A DNA stretch of 64,000 nt from Dehalococcoidia bacterium (GTDB taxonomy: Bacteria > Chloroflexota > Dehalococcoidia > Bin125): positions 1,281,267 to 1,345,266 of the forward strand of contig OZ241849.1 in assembly GCA_965203165.1 (NCBI GenBank), written 5' to 3'. Made by a program: the position numbers and the translations under genes. This document shows, in pieces, positions 51,740 through 62,059 of the stretch (its first letter is position 1; every line of letters starts with the position of its first letter). The notes under the pieces are model-generated. The model had not been told where the DNA came from and made no database searches. It saw only the letters and a program-made list of their open reading frames with translations.

Positions 51740-52750
51740 ATGCGCTGGGTTGCGTGTTTTGTTCTCACTGCCGCCGCAGCTGCTGCGCTGATGGCTTGCG
51801 TGGGCGCTGAGCAGCCCGCCGCTCCGCAGCCGCGCGCTGCGCAGAGCGAAGGCGCTCCGGCCCAGTCCGGACCGATCATCGAAAGCGCTCTCAGCGACGG
51901 TCAATCCGCCAGCCCGCCCGCAGTGGGCTTCGCCGCCCTCAGCGCCGGCAGAGAGCACACCTGCGCGCTGCGCAGCACGGGCGAGATTGCCTGCTGGGGC
52001 AGCGACGAGTTTGGCCAATCCGATGCGCCGACGGGCAGCTTCACGGCCGTCAGCGCCGGCGCCGGGCACTCCTGCGGCCTGCGCGCCGACGGCGAAATCG
52101 TCTGTTGGGGCTACGACGGCGACGGTCAAACTGCGGCGCCGGGCGGCTCCTTCACCGCGGTGAGCGCCGGCGCCGGGCATTCCTGCGGCCTGCGCCAAAG
52201 CGGCGAAATTAGCTGTTGGGGCTGGAACGAGGACGGTCAGACCGACGCCCCGGCGGGCAGCTACGCCGCAGTCAGCGCCGGCATCCGACACAGTTGCGGC
52301 CTGCGCACCGACGGCGAGCTCGCCTGCTGGGGCTCCAGCGAGTTTCTGGTGACGACCGTTCCCGCCCCTGCGTTCTCGATCCTGCACTTCACCTTCGTGG
52401 ACGCGGGCGGGTACCACGCCTGCGCGCTCCAGCGAGCCGACAGAATCGTCTGTTGGGGCGACAACCGCGCCCGTCAGGCCGCCTCGCCGCAGGAAGCGTT
52501 CGTCGGCTTCGCTGCGGTGAGCGCGGGCGATGGGCACACCTGCGCCCTGCTCAAGGCTGGGATCCAAGTGGCAGAGGAGGGCTCAGTTTTCTGTTGGGGC
52601 GACAACAGGTTCGGCCAGACCGACTCGCCCGAAGGCGCGTTCGTCGCCATCAGCGCCGGCGGCCGGCACACCTGCGCGCTGCGCGAAACCGGCGAGATCG
52701 AGTGCTGGGGCCTCAACGACGAGGGGCAGACCGACGCCCCGCCTCGTTGA
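51740..52750 (+). CDS. RCC1-repeat lipoprotein
   Basis: [20 protein letters not shown] lipobox, followed by six or more HSCGLR..GE..CWG RCC1-like repeats. Confidence 0.6.
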   Translation: MRWVACFVLTAAAAAALMACVGAEQPAAPQPRAAQSEGAPAQSGPIIESALSDGQSASPPAVGFAALSAGREHTCALRSTGEIACWGSDEFGQSDAPTGSFTAVSAGAGHSCGLRADGEIVCWGYDGDGQTAAPGGSFTAVSAGAGHSCGLRQSGEISCWGWNEDGQTDAPAGSYAAVSAGIRHSCGLRTDGELACWGSSEFLVTTVPAPAFSILHFTFVDAGGYHACALQRADRIVCWGDNRARQAASPQEAFVGFAAVSAGDGHTCALLKAGIQVAEEGSVFCWGDNRFGQTDSPEGAFVAISAGGRHTCALRETGEIECWGLNDEGQTDAPPR

Positions 52751-52832
52751 CACGCAGCACGCGGGAGATGACGCCTGCGGCTCACCCTGCGACACTGAAG
52801 GGAAGCTGGACTCACCATCCCAGGAGCTCGCC

Positions 52833-53984
52833 GTGGCCGCTCGCAACCCTACCCGCTCTGTTCAGGTTGGCAACGTGACGATTGGCGGCGGTGGCCCGAT
52901 TGTCGTGCAGTCAATGGCGGCCACGCGCACGCAGGATGTGGAGGCGACGGTGCGGCAGGTGCGGCTGCTGGAAGCGGCGGGGGCGGATCTGGTGCGGGTC
53001 GCCGTCGATTCGCGCAAGGATGTCGCGGCCTTGGCCGAGGTGCGGGCGCAGACCAGCGCGCCGCTCTCCGTCGACCTGCAGGAGAACTACCGCCTCTGCG
53101 TCGAGGTCGCGCCGCATGTGGACAAGATCCGCTACAACCCCGGCCATCTGCACCACCACGAGAAGCAGAAGAGCGTCGCCGACAAGGTCGCCTTCATCGC
53201 TCAGACCGCCGCCGACAACGACTGCGCGATCCGGGTCGGCGTCAACTGCGGCTCGATCGATCCGCGGATGCTCGAGCGCTACCCGGGCGACCACGTTTCG
53301 GCGATCGTGGCCAGCGCGGCGGAGCACTGCGCGCTGCTCGACGGGCTCGGCTTCAAGCGTTACGTCGTCTCGCTCAAGGACTCCGATTGGAAGCAGGTGG
53401 TCGAGGTCAACCGGCGCTTCGCCGCGGAGCGGCCCGATGTGCCGCTGCACCTCGGCGTGACCGAGGCGGGCATGCCGCCGGAGGGCGTGATCAAGACGCG
53501 CGTGGCCTTCGAGCAGCTGGTCTCGCAGGGCATCGGCGACACGGTGCGCGTCTCGCTCACTGTGCCCTTCGACGACAAGGGGCTGGAGATTTCCACCGCC
53601 CGCGAGATTCTGGCCGACATTGAGGCGGGCCGCTTCCGCTCGGTCCCGCCGCGCTTCGACGAGGGGCTGAACATCATCTCCTGCCCCTCCTGCTCGCGCG
53701 TGGAGAACGAGAAGTTCGTCGAGCTGGCGCAGGATGTCAAAGTGATGACCGAGTACGCGAAGGAGCACGACATCACGATTGCCGTGATGGGCTGCCGCGT
53801 GAACGGTCCGGGCGAGACGGACGACGCCGATCTGGGCCTCTGGTGCGGCCCGGCGGCGGTGAATCTGAAGCGGGGGGAGGAATCGCTCGGGCACTACCCC
53901 TACGACGAAATCCTGCCCCGGCTCAAGCAGGAGCTGGATGATATCATCGAGAGGCTCGGCGCTCACAAGGGGCAGGGACGATGA
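52833..53984 (+). CDS. ispG: 4-hydroxy-3-methylbut-2-enyl diphosphate synthase
   Basis: [19 protein letters not shown]... and a C-terminal CPSC...C Fe-S region. GTG start at 52833 with CAGGAG 6 nt upstream. The 484-aa track ORF overlaps the RCC1 gene and is too long. Confidence 0.8.
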   Translation: MAARNPTRSVQVGNVTIGGGGPIVVQSMAATRTQDVEATVRQVRLLEAAGADLVRVAVDSRKDVAALAEVRAQTSAPLSVDLQENYRLCVEVAPHVDKIRYNPGHLHHHEKQKSVADKVAFIAQTAADNDCAIRVGVNCGSIDPRMLERYPGDHVSAIVASAAEHCALLDGLGFKRYVVSLKDSDWKQVVEVNRRFAAERPDVPLHLGVTEAGMPPEGVIKTRVAFEQLVSQGIGDTVRVSLTVPFDDKGLEISTAREILADIEAGRFRSVPPRFDEGLNIISCPSCSRVENEKFVELAQDVKVMTEYAKEHDITIAVMGCRVNGPGETDDADLGLWCGPAAVNLKRGEESLGHYPYDEILPRLKQELDDIIERLGAHKGQGR

Positions 53985-54175
53985 GAACAGTACGGTCTTG
54001 CCTCGCCGCTGTGAAGAAGCACCGCGCGCGGACCGCATTCGCGGCCTTCGCCATCGTTATGGGTCTCGTGCCCATAGCCGTGGCAGGTCCGGAGCCGACC
54101 TTGATGCTGGGCAGCGTAGCTTCGCTCGTCGGTGCGCTGATCATCGCCGGAAACATCCAGCCGTCTCAGCGCTAA
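53981..54175 (+). CDS. Hypothetical 64-aa membrane peptide
   Basis: Its ATG overlaps the ispG stop (ATGA). One or two hydrophobic helices. Confidence 0.3.
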   Translation: MRTVRSCLAAVKKHRARTAFAAFAIVMGLVPIAVAGPEPTLMLGSVASLVGALIIAGNIQPSQR

Positions 54176-54186
54176 CGAGGTCCACG

Positions 54187-54450
54187 ATGAGCAACGAACC
54201 TCTCGGCCAGACTGACGCAGAGCGCGAAGAGTATCCGGATGTCACCGACATCCGGCCGGTTGAGGTTGAATTCGCTGAGGACATCGGCGGCGTCGCCGAA
54301 GTTGATTTCGAGGCCGACGAGCTGGACATCCTCTTCGCTGCCTGCAAGATCTCCGGAGAGGAATCTCTGGAGTTCATCAAGCGCGCGGCGTTGGAACGCG
54401 CCGCCGAACTGATCGAGAAGCAGCCCGCCGCGCCTGCGGCATCTTCCTGA
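54187..54450 (+). CDS. Hypothetical 87-aa acidic protein
   Basis: MSNEPLGQTDAEREEYPDVTDIRPVEVEF...; no recognisable family. Confidence 0.3.
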   Translation: MSNEPLGQTDAEREEYPDVTDIRPVEVEFAEDIGGVAEVDFEADELDILFAACKISGEESLEFIKRAALERAAELIEKQPAAPAASS

Positions 54451-54457
54451 CCAACCA

Positions 54458-54652
54458 ATGCTTCGACCATTCGCCCGGGTCCGCAGCGCCCGCGGCGAGA
54501 TCCGCAAACACCCCGTCCGAGCCGCGATCTTCACCCTTTGGACAGCGGGGATCGTCGTCTCCCTCGCTCTCAGCGGCTTTCACCCCATCTCAGCGATCGT
54601 GGGCACCGCCTCTCTGCTGGCAGCCTGGGTCTACATCTGGGCGACGCGGTAG
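54458..54652 (+). CDS. Hypothetical 64-aa membrane peptide
   Basis: AAIFTLWTAGIVVSLALSGFHPISAIVGTASLLAAWVYIW has two hydrophobic helices. Confidence 0.3.
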   Translation: MLRPFARVRSARGEIRKHPVRAAIFTLWTAGIVVSLALSGFHPISAIVGTASLLAAWVYIWATR

Positions 54653-54655
54653 ACC

Positions 54656-55345
54656 TTAGCGCCCGCCGAACGCCTCGCCGTTGAAGCGATCGATTGTCGT
54701 GAAGCCCTCGACCGGGCCGCGCTTCAGACGCGTCAGTTGCTTGACCGGCTTGCCGATTGGCAGGAACGCGCAGACTGCGTAGTGATCGGGCAGCCCCAGA
54801 ACGGACTTCAGGCGCGGCTCTTCGGCGATCGGGATTGTCGTCAGCGTTCCGCCGTAGCCCTCGTTGCGCGCCATTAGCAGGATGCTCCAGACGAACGGGT
54901 AGATCGACGCGCCCGAAATCACGCCCACCCGATCCAACTCCTTGTCCACTGACGCCACCACGCCCAGGTCCACGCAGATCGCCAGCAGCACCGGCGCGTT
55001 GGTGTAGGGGCGGTGCAGCATCCCCGGCACCCGCACATCGGCGGCCGACTCGTCGGTGATCGACGACGGAAACGCGGCGTTCCAGGGTCCCTCGCCGGCC
55101 CGCTGCATGGCCACGTAGCGCCGCGCCGGGCGCTGCGCGCACTCCGCGATTTGCGCGCGGATTTCCGCGTCGCGCACGACGATCACGTGCCAGCCCTGCC
55201 GATTGCCCCCGCTGGGCGCGAACCGCGCGTGCTCCAGAATGCGCTTCAGCGTCTCGTCCGGCACCGGATCGTCGGTGAACTCCCGCGCTGCGAATGTCGT
55301 GCGGATCACCTCGCTGATTTCCATCTGATCCCCCATATGCTGCAT
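54656..55345 (-). CDS. Nitroreductase-family protein
   Basis: REFTDDPVPDETLKRILEHARFAPSGGNRQGWHVIVV. Confidence 0.75.
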   Translation of the reverse strand: MQHMGDQMEISEVIRTTFAAREFTDDPVPDETLKRILEHARFAPSGGNRQGWHVIVVRDAEIRAQIAECAQRPARRYVAMQRAGEGPWNAAFPSSITDESAADVRVPGMLHRPYTNAPVLLAICVDLGVVASVDKELDRVGVISGASIYPFVWSILLMARNEGYGGTLTTIPIAEEPRLKSVLGLPDHYAVCAFLPIGKPVKQLTRLKRGPVEGFTTIDRFNGEAFGGR

Positions 55346-55374
55346 GCGTACCGCTGAGGACGGATTCTACGCGC

Positions 55375-56214
55375 GTGTCGATCCTCGAAGTCATCGTCCT
55401 CGCCGTCGTCCAGGGGCTCACCGAATTTCTGCCGATCAGCAGCAGCGGCCACCTCGCCCTGACGCGCTGGCTGTTCGGCTGGGACGACCCCGGCTTGGCC
55501 TTTGATGTCGCCGTCCACGCCGGCACGCTGCTGGCGATCGTCTGGGCGTTTCGGCATGAAATCGTCGCGGTCCTGCGCGGCCTGCGGCTGAGCGCGGCGG
55601 ACGCGGCGGACGCGGCGCGCGCGCCGCGCGTTGACGGGCTGACTCCCCAACGGCTCATCGCGCTGGGCTTCGTCGCCACCGTGCCGCTGGCGATCATCGG
55701 CGCGCCGCTCTACGCGGCGCTCGAATCCGACCTGCGCGGGCCGACCAGCGCCGCCGCGTTTCTGCTGGTCACCGCCGCGCTGATCGCGCTGGCCGAGTGG
55801 CGCGCCCGCGGGTCGCCCAACGAGTCGCTGGCGAGCCTCACGCTGCCCCGCGCCGCGGCGATCGGCGTCGCGCAGGCGCTTGCCGCGCTGCCCGGCCTCT
55901 CGCGCGCGGGGATGTGCATCGTGGCCGGCGTGTCGCTCGGACACAGCCGCGAGGCGGCAGCCCGCTTCGCTTTCTGGCTGGCGTTGCCGGCGCTGACGGG
56001 GGCGGGCGCGCTGGCGATCCGCGCCGTGCTCGAGGAGGACGCCGCCGCGCAGATCGGGCATTTGGCGCTGGGAGCGGCCGTCGCCTGTCTTGCCGCGCTG
56101 CTCGCGATTCGCGCGCTGCTCTGGCTGACCCGCTCCCGCTCGCTTATGCCTTTCGCCGGCTGGTGTCTGCTGGCGGGCGGCGCCAACCTGATCGCGCGGG
56201 CGGCGGGGGGCTAA
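55375..56214 (+). CDS. uppP: Undecaprenyl-diphosphatase
   Basis: EVIVLAVVQGLTEFLPISSSGHL is the BacA/UppP signature. Confidence 0.85.
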   Translation: MSILEVIVLAVVQGLTEFLPISSSGHLALTRWLFGWDDPGLAFDVAVHAGTLLAIVWAFRHEIVAVLRGLRLSAADAADAARAPRVDGLTPQRLIALGFVATVPLAIIGAPLYAALESDLRGPTSAAAFLLVTAALIALAEWRARGSPNESLASLTLPRAAAIGVAQALAALPGLSRAGMCIVAGVSLGHSREAAARFAFWLALPALTGAGALAIRAVLEEDAAAQIGHLALGAAVACLAALLAIRALLWLTRSRSLMPFAGWCLLAGGANLIARAAGG

Positions 56215-56840
56215 TTCTCGTCGCGCCAGATCAGCGTCAGGTCGGCGGTGAAGCCGCGCAGCACATCTTCGCCCGAAAGCGTGTCGGGGCGCTTGAGCAC
56301 CTCAGGCGGCCGATCGGGCCGGTAGATGTGCGCAGTGCTCGTGAACGGATCGATCAACCAGCCGAGCCGCACGCCGTAGGAAAGCCAGAGCTCCATCTTC
56401 TCCTGCTGGCGATGCAGTTGGTCGGATGGAGAGACGATTTCGACGACAAAGTCTGGGCAGATTTGCCAGATGCCTTCGTCGCCCGGCGCGATTTGGCGGG
56501 CCCGTTGCGGCGAAATCCAGGCGACATCCGGCGCTCGCACCACGCGGTTGCCCAGGCGAAAGAACCCGTCGGCGGTTGTTCCGCGCCCGCCCCCACCAGC
56601 GCGCATCCAGATGAAGAGTTGCCCGCCGAAATCGAATGCGCGCTCGCTGCTCGCGCCGCCGGCTCCGCTCACGATCACCAGCCTTCCCAGTTCGTCGAAC
56701 TCAAACTCGCGGTCTTCGTTCAGACTGCACAGATCGATCAGCGCCTGGTCGCTCAGCGCCCACGCCGACGGCAGCGCCAGGGTAAGCGGCGCAGAGGGCG
56801 CAATCGCAGGCGCGGGCGGCGGGGCTTCAAGCGTGACCAT
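56211..56840 (-). CDS. Uma2-family (DUF820) PD-(D/E)xK endonuclease
   Basis: PDFVVEIVSPS core motif; 209 aa is typical of the family. Confidence 0.65.
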   Translation of the reverse strand: MVTLEAPPPAPAIAPSAPLTLALPSAWALSDQALIDLCSLNEDREFEFDELGRLVIVSGAGGASSERAFDFGGQLFIWMRAGGGGRGTTADGFFRLGNRVVRAPDVAWISPQRARQIAPGDEGIWQICPDFVVEIVSPSDQLHRQQEKMELWLSYGVRLGWLIDPFTSTAHIYRPDRPPEVLKRPDTLSGEDVLRGFTADLTLIWRDEN

Positions 56841-57137
56841 GATGCCGTGAGTATACGTGCGCGGCGCCTGGATGCCGCGCCGCCACCCTCATCGGTCGCA
56901 CCGCCAGGGCCTAATCGAGCCAACGTCAACGGACGCCCCCTCGGTCCTGTAGAACTGGCATCTGAAAATGACGGAACAGGTCGCGAGGCATAAGGCATCA
57001 ATCTTCGGCAAACGCTAATGCTCTTTCGCCATTTCTGCCCAGCCGAGGTACTCTGAAATCACCACATCGCGGACGACATCCTGAGGCACCGTCCGCGATA
57101 CGACCACTCAGCCTCAGGAACAGTAGAGGAGCAGGCA

Positions 57138-57380
57138 ATGTCTTCGCTTAACGCTGACATGCGGAAGTTTCGACGGGACCTCGACAGGGCCTTCAAGGAT
57201 GCCGTGCAGTCCAGCGCTACGCCGATTGCTCGAGAAGCGATGAAAGCTGCGCGAGCAGCAAATGCGCAGCAGGTGGAGTTCCGCTGTGAAAACGACGGCT
57301 GGACAACGACCGCCACCACCGAAGCGGATCTCAGGCATCGGATCAAGGCGCACTTCAGGAGCTCCCGGCACAAAGCCTGA
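57138..57380 (+). CDS. Hypothetical 80-aa protein
   Basis: AGGAGCAGGCAATG ribosome-binding site and start, in a lower-GC intergenic stretch; no recognisable family. Confidence 0.35.
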   Translation: MSSLNADMRKFRRDLDRAFKDAVQSSATPIAREAMKAARAANAQQVEFRCENDGWTTTATTEADLRHRIKAHFRSSRHKA

Positions 57381-57518
57381 CGGACGACTCGCCTAGATCT
57401 GGAAGCGTGGCCACCGGTGGTACCGGTGCGCAATCAACGCTCCCTGAGTCCGCACCCGGAGCAGCGCAGCCCGCATTGTTCCCGCTACCCGCTAGCCTCT
57501 GCGCATGGAGGAGCGGCT

Positions 57519-60008
57519 ATGACAGACCCTGCGGCGCTTGGCGGACTGCGCATCATCGACCTTGGCCAGGGGCTGGCGGCGCCTTTTGCGGCCAAGCTGC
57601 TTGGCGACCTTGGGGCTGATGTGATCAAGGTTGAGCCGCCCGGCGGCGATGCGGCGCGCCGCCGTGGGCCGTTTCCCGACGAGGCTGTCGATCCCGAGGC
57701 CAGCGCGCCCTTCCTGTATGCCAACACCAGTAAACGCGGCATCGTCCTCGACCCTGACGATGCCGACGACCGGCGTCTGCGCGACGCGCTGATTGGCGAT
57801 GCGCAGCTCGTGTTCGCCAGCGAGCCTGAGCCGCAGCTGGCGCGGCGCGGGATCGGGTTCGATGATCTCCGCGCGCTCAACCCCTCGATCATTCTGGTCA
57901 CCGTGACGGGCTTCGGCTCGGACGGGCCTTACGCCGACTGGCAGTGGAACAACCTGATCGCCTGCGCGATTGGCGGCTTCTCGCATCTCTGCGGGCGCGC
58001 CGAGCGCGAGCCGTTGCAGCTGGGCGGCTCGATTCCCGAAACTCTGGCCGGGGCTTACGCCGCCGTGGCCGCGCTGATTGCGCTGCGCGGGCAGCAGGCG
58101 CAGGCGCAGGCGCTGCCGCGGGCGGAGCATGTCGATGTCAGCGTGCTCGAAGCGGCCGTCAATATGGCGCTGCTCGTCACCCAGCGCTACGAGTACACCG
58201 GGCAGCTCGGCGCGCGCCGCGCCGACATCGGCCCCGCGCCGTCCTTCATTCTGCCGACCAGCGACGGCTACATCGGCGCGAACACGCTGACCCAGGCGCA
58301 ATGGGAGGTGATGTGCCAGTTTTTCGGACGCCCCGAGCTGATCGAAGACCCGAAGTTCGCCGATGTCTGGGGGCGCATTGAGAACTCGCGCCAGCTGGCC
58401 GACGAGCTGGCCGCGCTGACGCGCGACCGCACCGCCGACGAAATCTTTCACGAGGCGCAGGCCTGGCGCATTCCCTTCGGGCTGGTGCCCACGCTCGCCG
58501 AAGCGCTTGATCTGCTGCCCCACCGCGAGCGCGGCTTCCTCTTCGAGTTCGACCATCCGCGCGCCGGGCGCGTGCGGATGCCGGGGGCGCCCTGGATGTT
58601 CGGCGAGCAGCGCCCGAGCGGCGCGCCGCCGCCGCTGCTCGATCAGCACGGCGAGGAAATCCGCGGCGGCGATGTCTGGCGCGGCGCGGCGCCGCCCGCG
58701 GTCGAACCTGTCGATCAGCCGGTCGAGCGCCCGCTCGAAGGTCTGCGCGTGATCGACCTCTCGATGTTTATGTCGGGGCCGATGACCACAATGATCTTCG
58801 CCGACGCCGGGGCCGACGTGATCAAGGTCGAATCGGTGCAGCGGATCGACGGCTGGCGGGCCGGCGGCGCGATCGACATTCCCGAATTCTGGGAGACCGC
58901 GCCGCAGTTCAACTGGGTCAACCGCAACAAGCAGGGCATCACGCTCAATCTGACCGATCGGCGCGGCGCCGACGCGATCCGCACGATGGTGGAAGAGGCC
59001 GACATTCTGGTCGAGAACTACACCCCGCGCGTGATGGGGAACTTCGGCCTGGCCTGGGACGACCTGCGGGCGATCAATCCCGAGCTGATCATGCTCTCGA
59101 TGCCCGGCTTCGGCCTGACCGGCAGTTGGACCAACTACACCGCGTTCGCCAACACCACCGAGCAGATGTCCGGCTTGCCGCACCTGACCGGCTACGCCGG
59201 CGACCAGCCGATTTTCTCCGGCACCACGGGCGGCGACCCTCTTGCCGGGGTGATGGGCGCGCTGGCGCTGCTCTCCGCGCTCGAACGCCGCCGCCGGCTT
59301 GCAGCCGCCGGGCAGCCCGGCGGCTGCCACATCGATCTCTCGCAGACCGAGACCGCCGCCGCCTACATCGGCGACGCGCTCACCGCCTATGCAATCAGCG
59401 GGCGCGACCCCGGGCGCGTCGGCAACGCGCATCCGCGCATGGCGCCCCACAACACCTATCCCTGCCGCCCCGATGAGCGGGACGATCTGCAGGATGAAGC
59501 GCGGGAGCGCTGGGTGGCGATCGCCTGTCCCGACGACGACGCCTTCGCCAGGCTCGCCGAAGTCTGCGGACGCCCTGAATGGGCATCCGCCGACGGCCGC
59601 TGGCGCACGCTTGCCGACCGCCAGCGCTCGCTCGCCGAGCTCGACGCCGCCATCGCCGAGTGGACTCGCGCGCGCGACGCGAGGGAGATTATGCGCCGGC
59701 TGCAGGCCGTCGGCGTGCCCGCCGCCGCCGTCTATCACGGGCTCGACCTGCTCGAAGACGAGCAGCTTGCCGCCCGCGGCTTCTTCATCACCCAGGAGCA
59801 CCGCTACGCCGGACGGAAGCGCTACCCGCTCCAGCCCTACCGCTTCCGCCATTGGCCCGCGCCGCGCGCCGACCAGCCGTCGCCCACGCTGGGGCGCGAC
59901 ACCCGCGCCGTGCTCGCCCGCCTCACCGACATTTCCCCCGAAACCATCGACCAATGGGAGCGCGAGGATGTGACCGGCCAGACCCACATCGCCGCGCGCG
60001 CCGACTGA
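57519..60008 (+). CDS. Tandem (double-domain) CoA-transferase family III protein
   Basis: Two CaiB/BaiF units: LRIIDLGQGLAAPFAAKLLGDLGADVIKVEPPGG... and LRVIDLSMFMSGPMTTMIFADAGADVIKVE.... Start re-derived at MTDPAAL. Confidence 0.8.
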   Translation: MTDPAALGGLRIIDLGQGLAAPFAAKLLGDLGADVIKVEPPGGDAARRRGPFPDEAVDPEASAPFLYANTSKRGIVLDPDDADDRRLRDALIGDAQLVFASEPEPQLARRGIGFDDLRALNPSIILVTVTGFGSDGPYADWQWNNLIACAIGGFSHLCGRAEREPLQLGGSIPETLAGAYAAVAALIALRGQQAQAQALPRAEHVDVSVLEAAVNMALLVTQRYEYTGQLGARRADIGPAPSFILPTSDGYIGANTLTQAQWEVMCQFFGRPELIEDPKFADVWGRIENSRQLADELAALTRDRTADEIFHEAQAWRIPFGLVPTLAEALDLLPHRERGFLFEFDHPRAGRVRMPGAPWMFGEQRPSGAPPPLLDQHGEEIRGGDVWRGAAPPAVEPVDQPVERPLEGLRVIDLSMFMSGPMTTMIFADAGADVIKVESVQRIDGWRAGGAIDIPEFWETAPQFNWVNRNKQGITLNLTDRRGADAIRTMVEEADILVENYTPRVMGNFGLAWDDLRAINPELIMLSMPGFGLTGSWTNYTAFANTTEQMSGLPHLTGYAGDQPIFSGTTGGDPLAGVMGALALLSALERRRRLAAAGQPGGCHIDLSQTETAAAYIGDALTAYAISGRDPGRVGNAHPRMAPHNTYPCRPDERDDLQDEARERWVAIACPDDDAFARLAEVCGRPEWASADGRWRTLADRQRSLAELDAAIAEWTRARDAREIMRRLQAVGVPAAAVYHGLDLLEDEQLAARGFFITQEHRYAGRKRYPLQPYRFRHWPAPRADQPSPTLGRDTRAVLARLTDISPETIDQWEREDVTGQTHIAARAD

Positions 60009-60117
60009 GGCAAACGCCTCGCCCGGACCTCGTCTGGCCGCTGCCGCCGCAACGCTGATACCCTCCCAAACGCGCAGCAACACGCCGCCAACACCCGCCA
60101 GACGAAAGGAACCGTCC

Positions 60118-61005
60118 ATGCGACTGGCCAGCTTCTCCTTCGAGGATCGCGAGCGGGTTGGAGTGATCGTCGGCGACGAAATCGTCGACCTGTTCCTCGC
60201 CGAACCCGAGGCTCCGACCGACATGTGCGACTTTCTCGCGGCCGGCGAGGAAACCCGCGTGATGGCGGAGATGGCCGTCGAGCGGGGCGGCAACCGGCGT
60301 CCGCTGGGCGAGGTGCGGCTGCTCGCGCCGGTGCCGCGCCCGAGCAAGTTCCTCGCGGTCGGGCTCAACTATGCGGACCACATCGCCGAAACCGGCGCGG
60401 AGACGCCGCGCTACCCGACGATCTTCACCAAGCAGCGCACCTGCGTGAACCGCCCCGGCGGCGAAATTCAGATCCCGCTCGCCTCGAAAAATGTCGACTA
60501 CGAGGGCGAACTGGGCATTGTGATCGGCCAGGCTTGCCGCCACGTCGCCGCGGCCGACGCGCCCTCCGTGATCGCCGGCTACACGATCGTCAACGATGTT
60601 TCGGTGCGCGACTGGCAGAATCGCACGCGGCAGTTCACGATGGGCAAGTCGTTCGACAGCCACGGGCCGATGGGGCCGGTGATCGTCAGCGCGGACGAGC
60701 TGGGCGACCCGCACGCGCTTGGCATTCGCACGTTCGTCAACGGCGAGCTGCGGCAGAACTCCAACACCGAGCACCTGATCTTCAACTGCTTCGACATCGT
60801 CGAATACCTCAGCACCGCCTTCACGCTGGAGCCGGGCGATGTGATCGCGACGGGCACGCCGTCGGGCGTGGCGGTCGCCATGACGCCGCCGCGCTGGCTC
60901 ACGCCGGGCGACATCGTGCGGGTCGAAATCAACGGCATCGGGGCGCTGGAAAACATCTGCGCGGCAGAGCCGCAGCCGGCGGCGGACGGCAGCGAGCATC
61001 ACTAG
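60118..61005 (+). CDS. Fumarylacetoacetate hydrolase (FAH) family protein
   Basis: KFLAVGLNYADH...DYEGELGIVIG is the FAH-family fold signature. Confidence 0.8.
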   Translation: MRLASFSFEDRERVGVIVGDEIVDLFLAEPEAPTDMCDFLAAGEETRVMAEMAVERGGNRRPLGEVRLLAPVPRPSKFLAVGLNYADHIAETGAETPRYPTIFTKQRTCVNRPGGEIQIPLASKNVDYEGELGIVIGQACRHVAAADAPSVIAGYTIVNDVSVRDWQNRTRQFTMGKSFDSHGPMGPVIVSADELGDPHALGIRTFVNGELRQNSNTEHLIFNCFDIVEYLSTAFTLEPGDVIATGTPSGVAVAMTPPRWLTPGDIVRVEINGIGALENICAAEPQPAADGSEHH

Positions 61006-61039
61006 CCGAAAGCGAGGGCGGCGCCCGGCGCCTACGGCG

Positions 61040-62059
61040 TTATTCGCCGCCGCTGGCGCCCGGCGACGCTTCCTCGACCCGCCGCAGGATTTCCTCGGCG
61101 AGCGACTTGAAGTCGAAAAACGCATCCTGGGCTGCGAGCGCGTGACTGCCAATCGCTCCGTCTCCTGCCGACAGATCGAAAATCGGCTTTCGCGCATCCT
61201 GGCCCAGCGGGATCAGGCTGCGGTAGTGTTTCACCGTCGCAATGCAGTTGCGGTCGGATTCCGTGTCCGCTCCCGCCGACGCTTCGCGCAGCACGTTGTG
61301 CGCGTATTCCACAGGCATCCGCTGAACCCAGCGATCGTAGGCCTGTACCGGACGATGTTCGCGCTCAATGTACTGTTGCACAAGATAGCCGAGAGGCGCC
61401 ATATCGCCCGTCGGCAGCTCAAACTCAGGCTCCGGCCAATTTTCCCGCCGCTTCCGCCAGTCGGCTCGCCAGCGAGTCAGCGTTGGACCGAGATTGCGCA
61501 ATCCCTGACGCGAGAACAGGTCCGCCGCAAGCGGCACGACCACGAAGTCGGTCGCAATCAACGCAGAGCGGTTGATCGCGCCCAGGCTGGGCCCCAAATC
61601 GACGACGATCAGATCCGCCTCACTTGATCGAGCGCCTGCCTGCATGACCTGCCAGAACGCGGTCACTACCCGAAACGCGCGATAGAGGTTCTCGCCTCCG
61701 AGGCAATTCGGCCACTCCGAGGACAGCAGCTCTTCGAATCCGGATAGCGCGAGGTCGCCCGGGAGGAGATGCAGGCCGTCCGTAATCCAGATTGGAGACG
61801 GTTCCTGTAGATCGCCAACTCGCGTCAGCGGCTCCACGCACTGGTAGATCGTCTCCGGCGCGCCCGGCACCGGTCGATCCCACAGCCGCAGCATGGCGTC
61901 TTCGTCTCGAAACGCCGCAGTCAGATTCGCCTGGGGGTCCAGATCTACCGCCAGCACCGATCGACCGACTCGGGGCAGCATCCACGCCAGGTGATACACC
62001 AGCGACGTTTTGCCGACCCCGCCCTTGTTGTTGAAGAATGTCAGCACGGGTACGCTCAT
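61040..62059 (-). CDS. ParA/MinD-like P-loop ATPase
   Basis: TFFNNKGGVGKTS deviant Walker A. About 340 aa with a long C-terminal region. Its start overlaps the upstream stop (ATGA). Confidence 0.6.
   Translation of the reverse strand: MSVPVLTFFNNKGGVGKTSLVYHLAWMLPRVGRSVLAVDLDPQANLTAAFRDEDAMLRLWDRPVPGAPETIYQCVEPLTRVGDLQEPSPIWITDGLHLLPGDLALSGFEELLSSEWPNCLGGENLYRAFRVVTAFWQVMQAGARSSEADLIVVDLGPSLGAINRSALIATDFVVVPLAADLFSRQGLRNLGPTLTRWRADWRKRRENWPEPEFELPTGDMAPLGYLVQQYIEREHRPVQAYDRWVQRMPVEYAHNVLREASAGADTESDRNCIATVKHYRSLIPLGQDARKPIFDLSAGDGAIGSHALAAQDAFFDFKSLAEEILRRVEEASPGASGGE

Noticed and set aside
52530-53984. 484-aa version of ispG starting at 52530
   Set aside because: It overlaps the RCC1 lipoprotein gene by 220 bp. 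A GTG with a good Shine-Dalgarno sequence at 52833 gives a normal-length IspG.
57059-57433. 124-aa minus-strand ORF antisense to the 80-aa ORF
   Set aside because: No ribosome-binding site and a Cys/Arg-rich odd composition. The plus-strand 80-aa ORF has a strong ribosome-binding site and is preferred.
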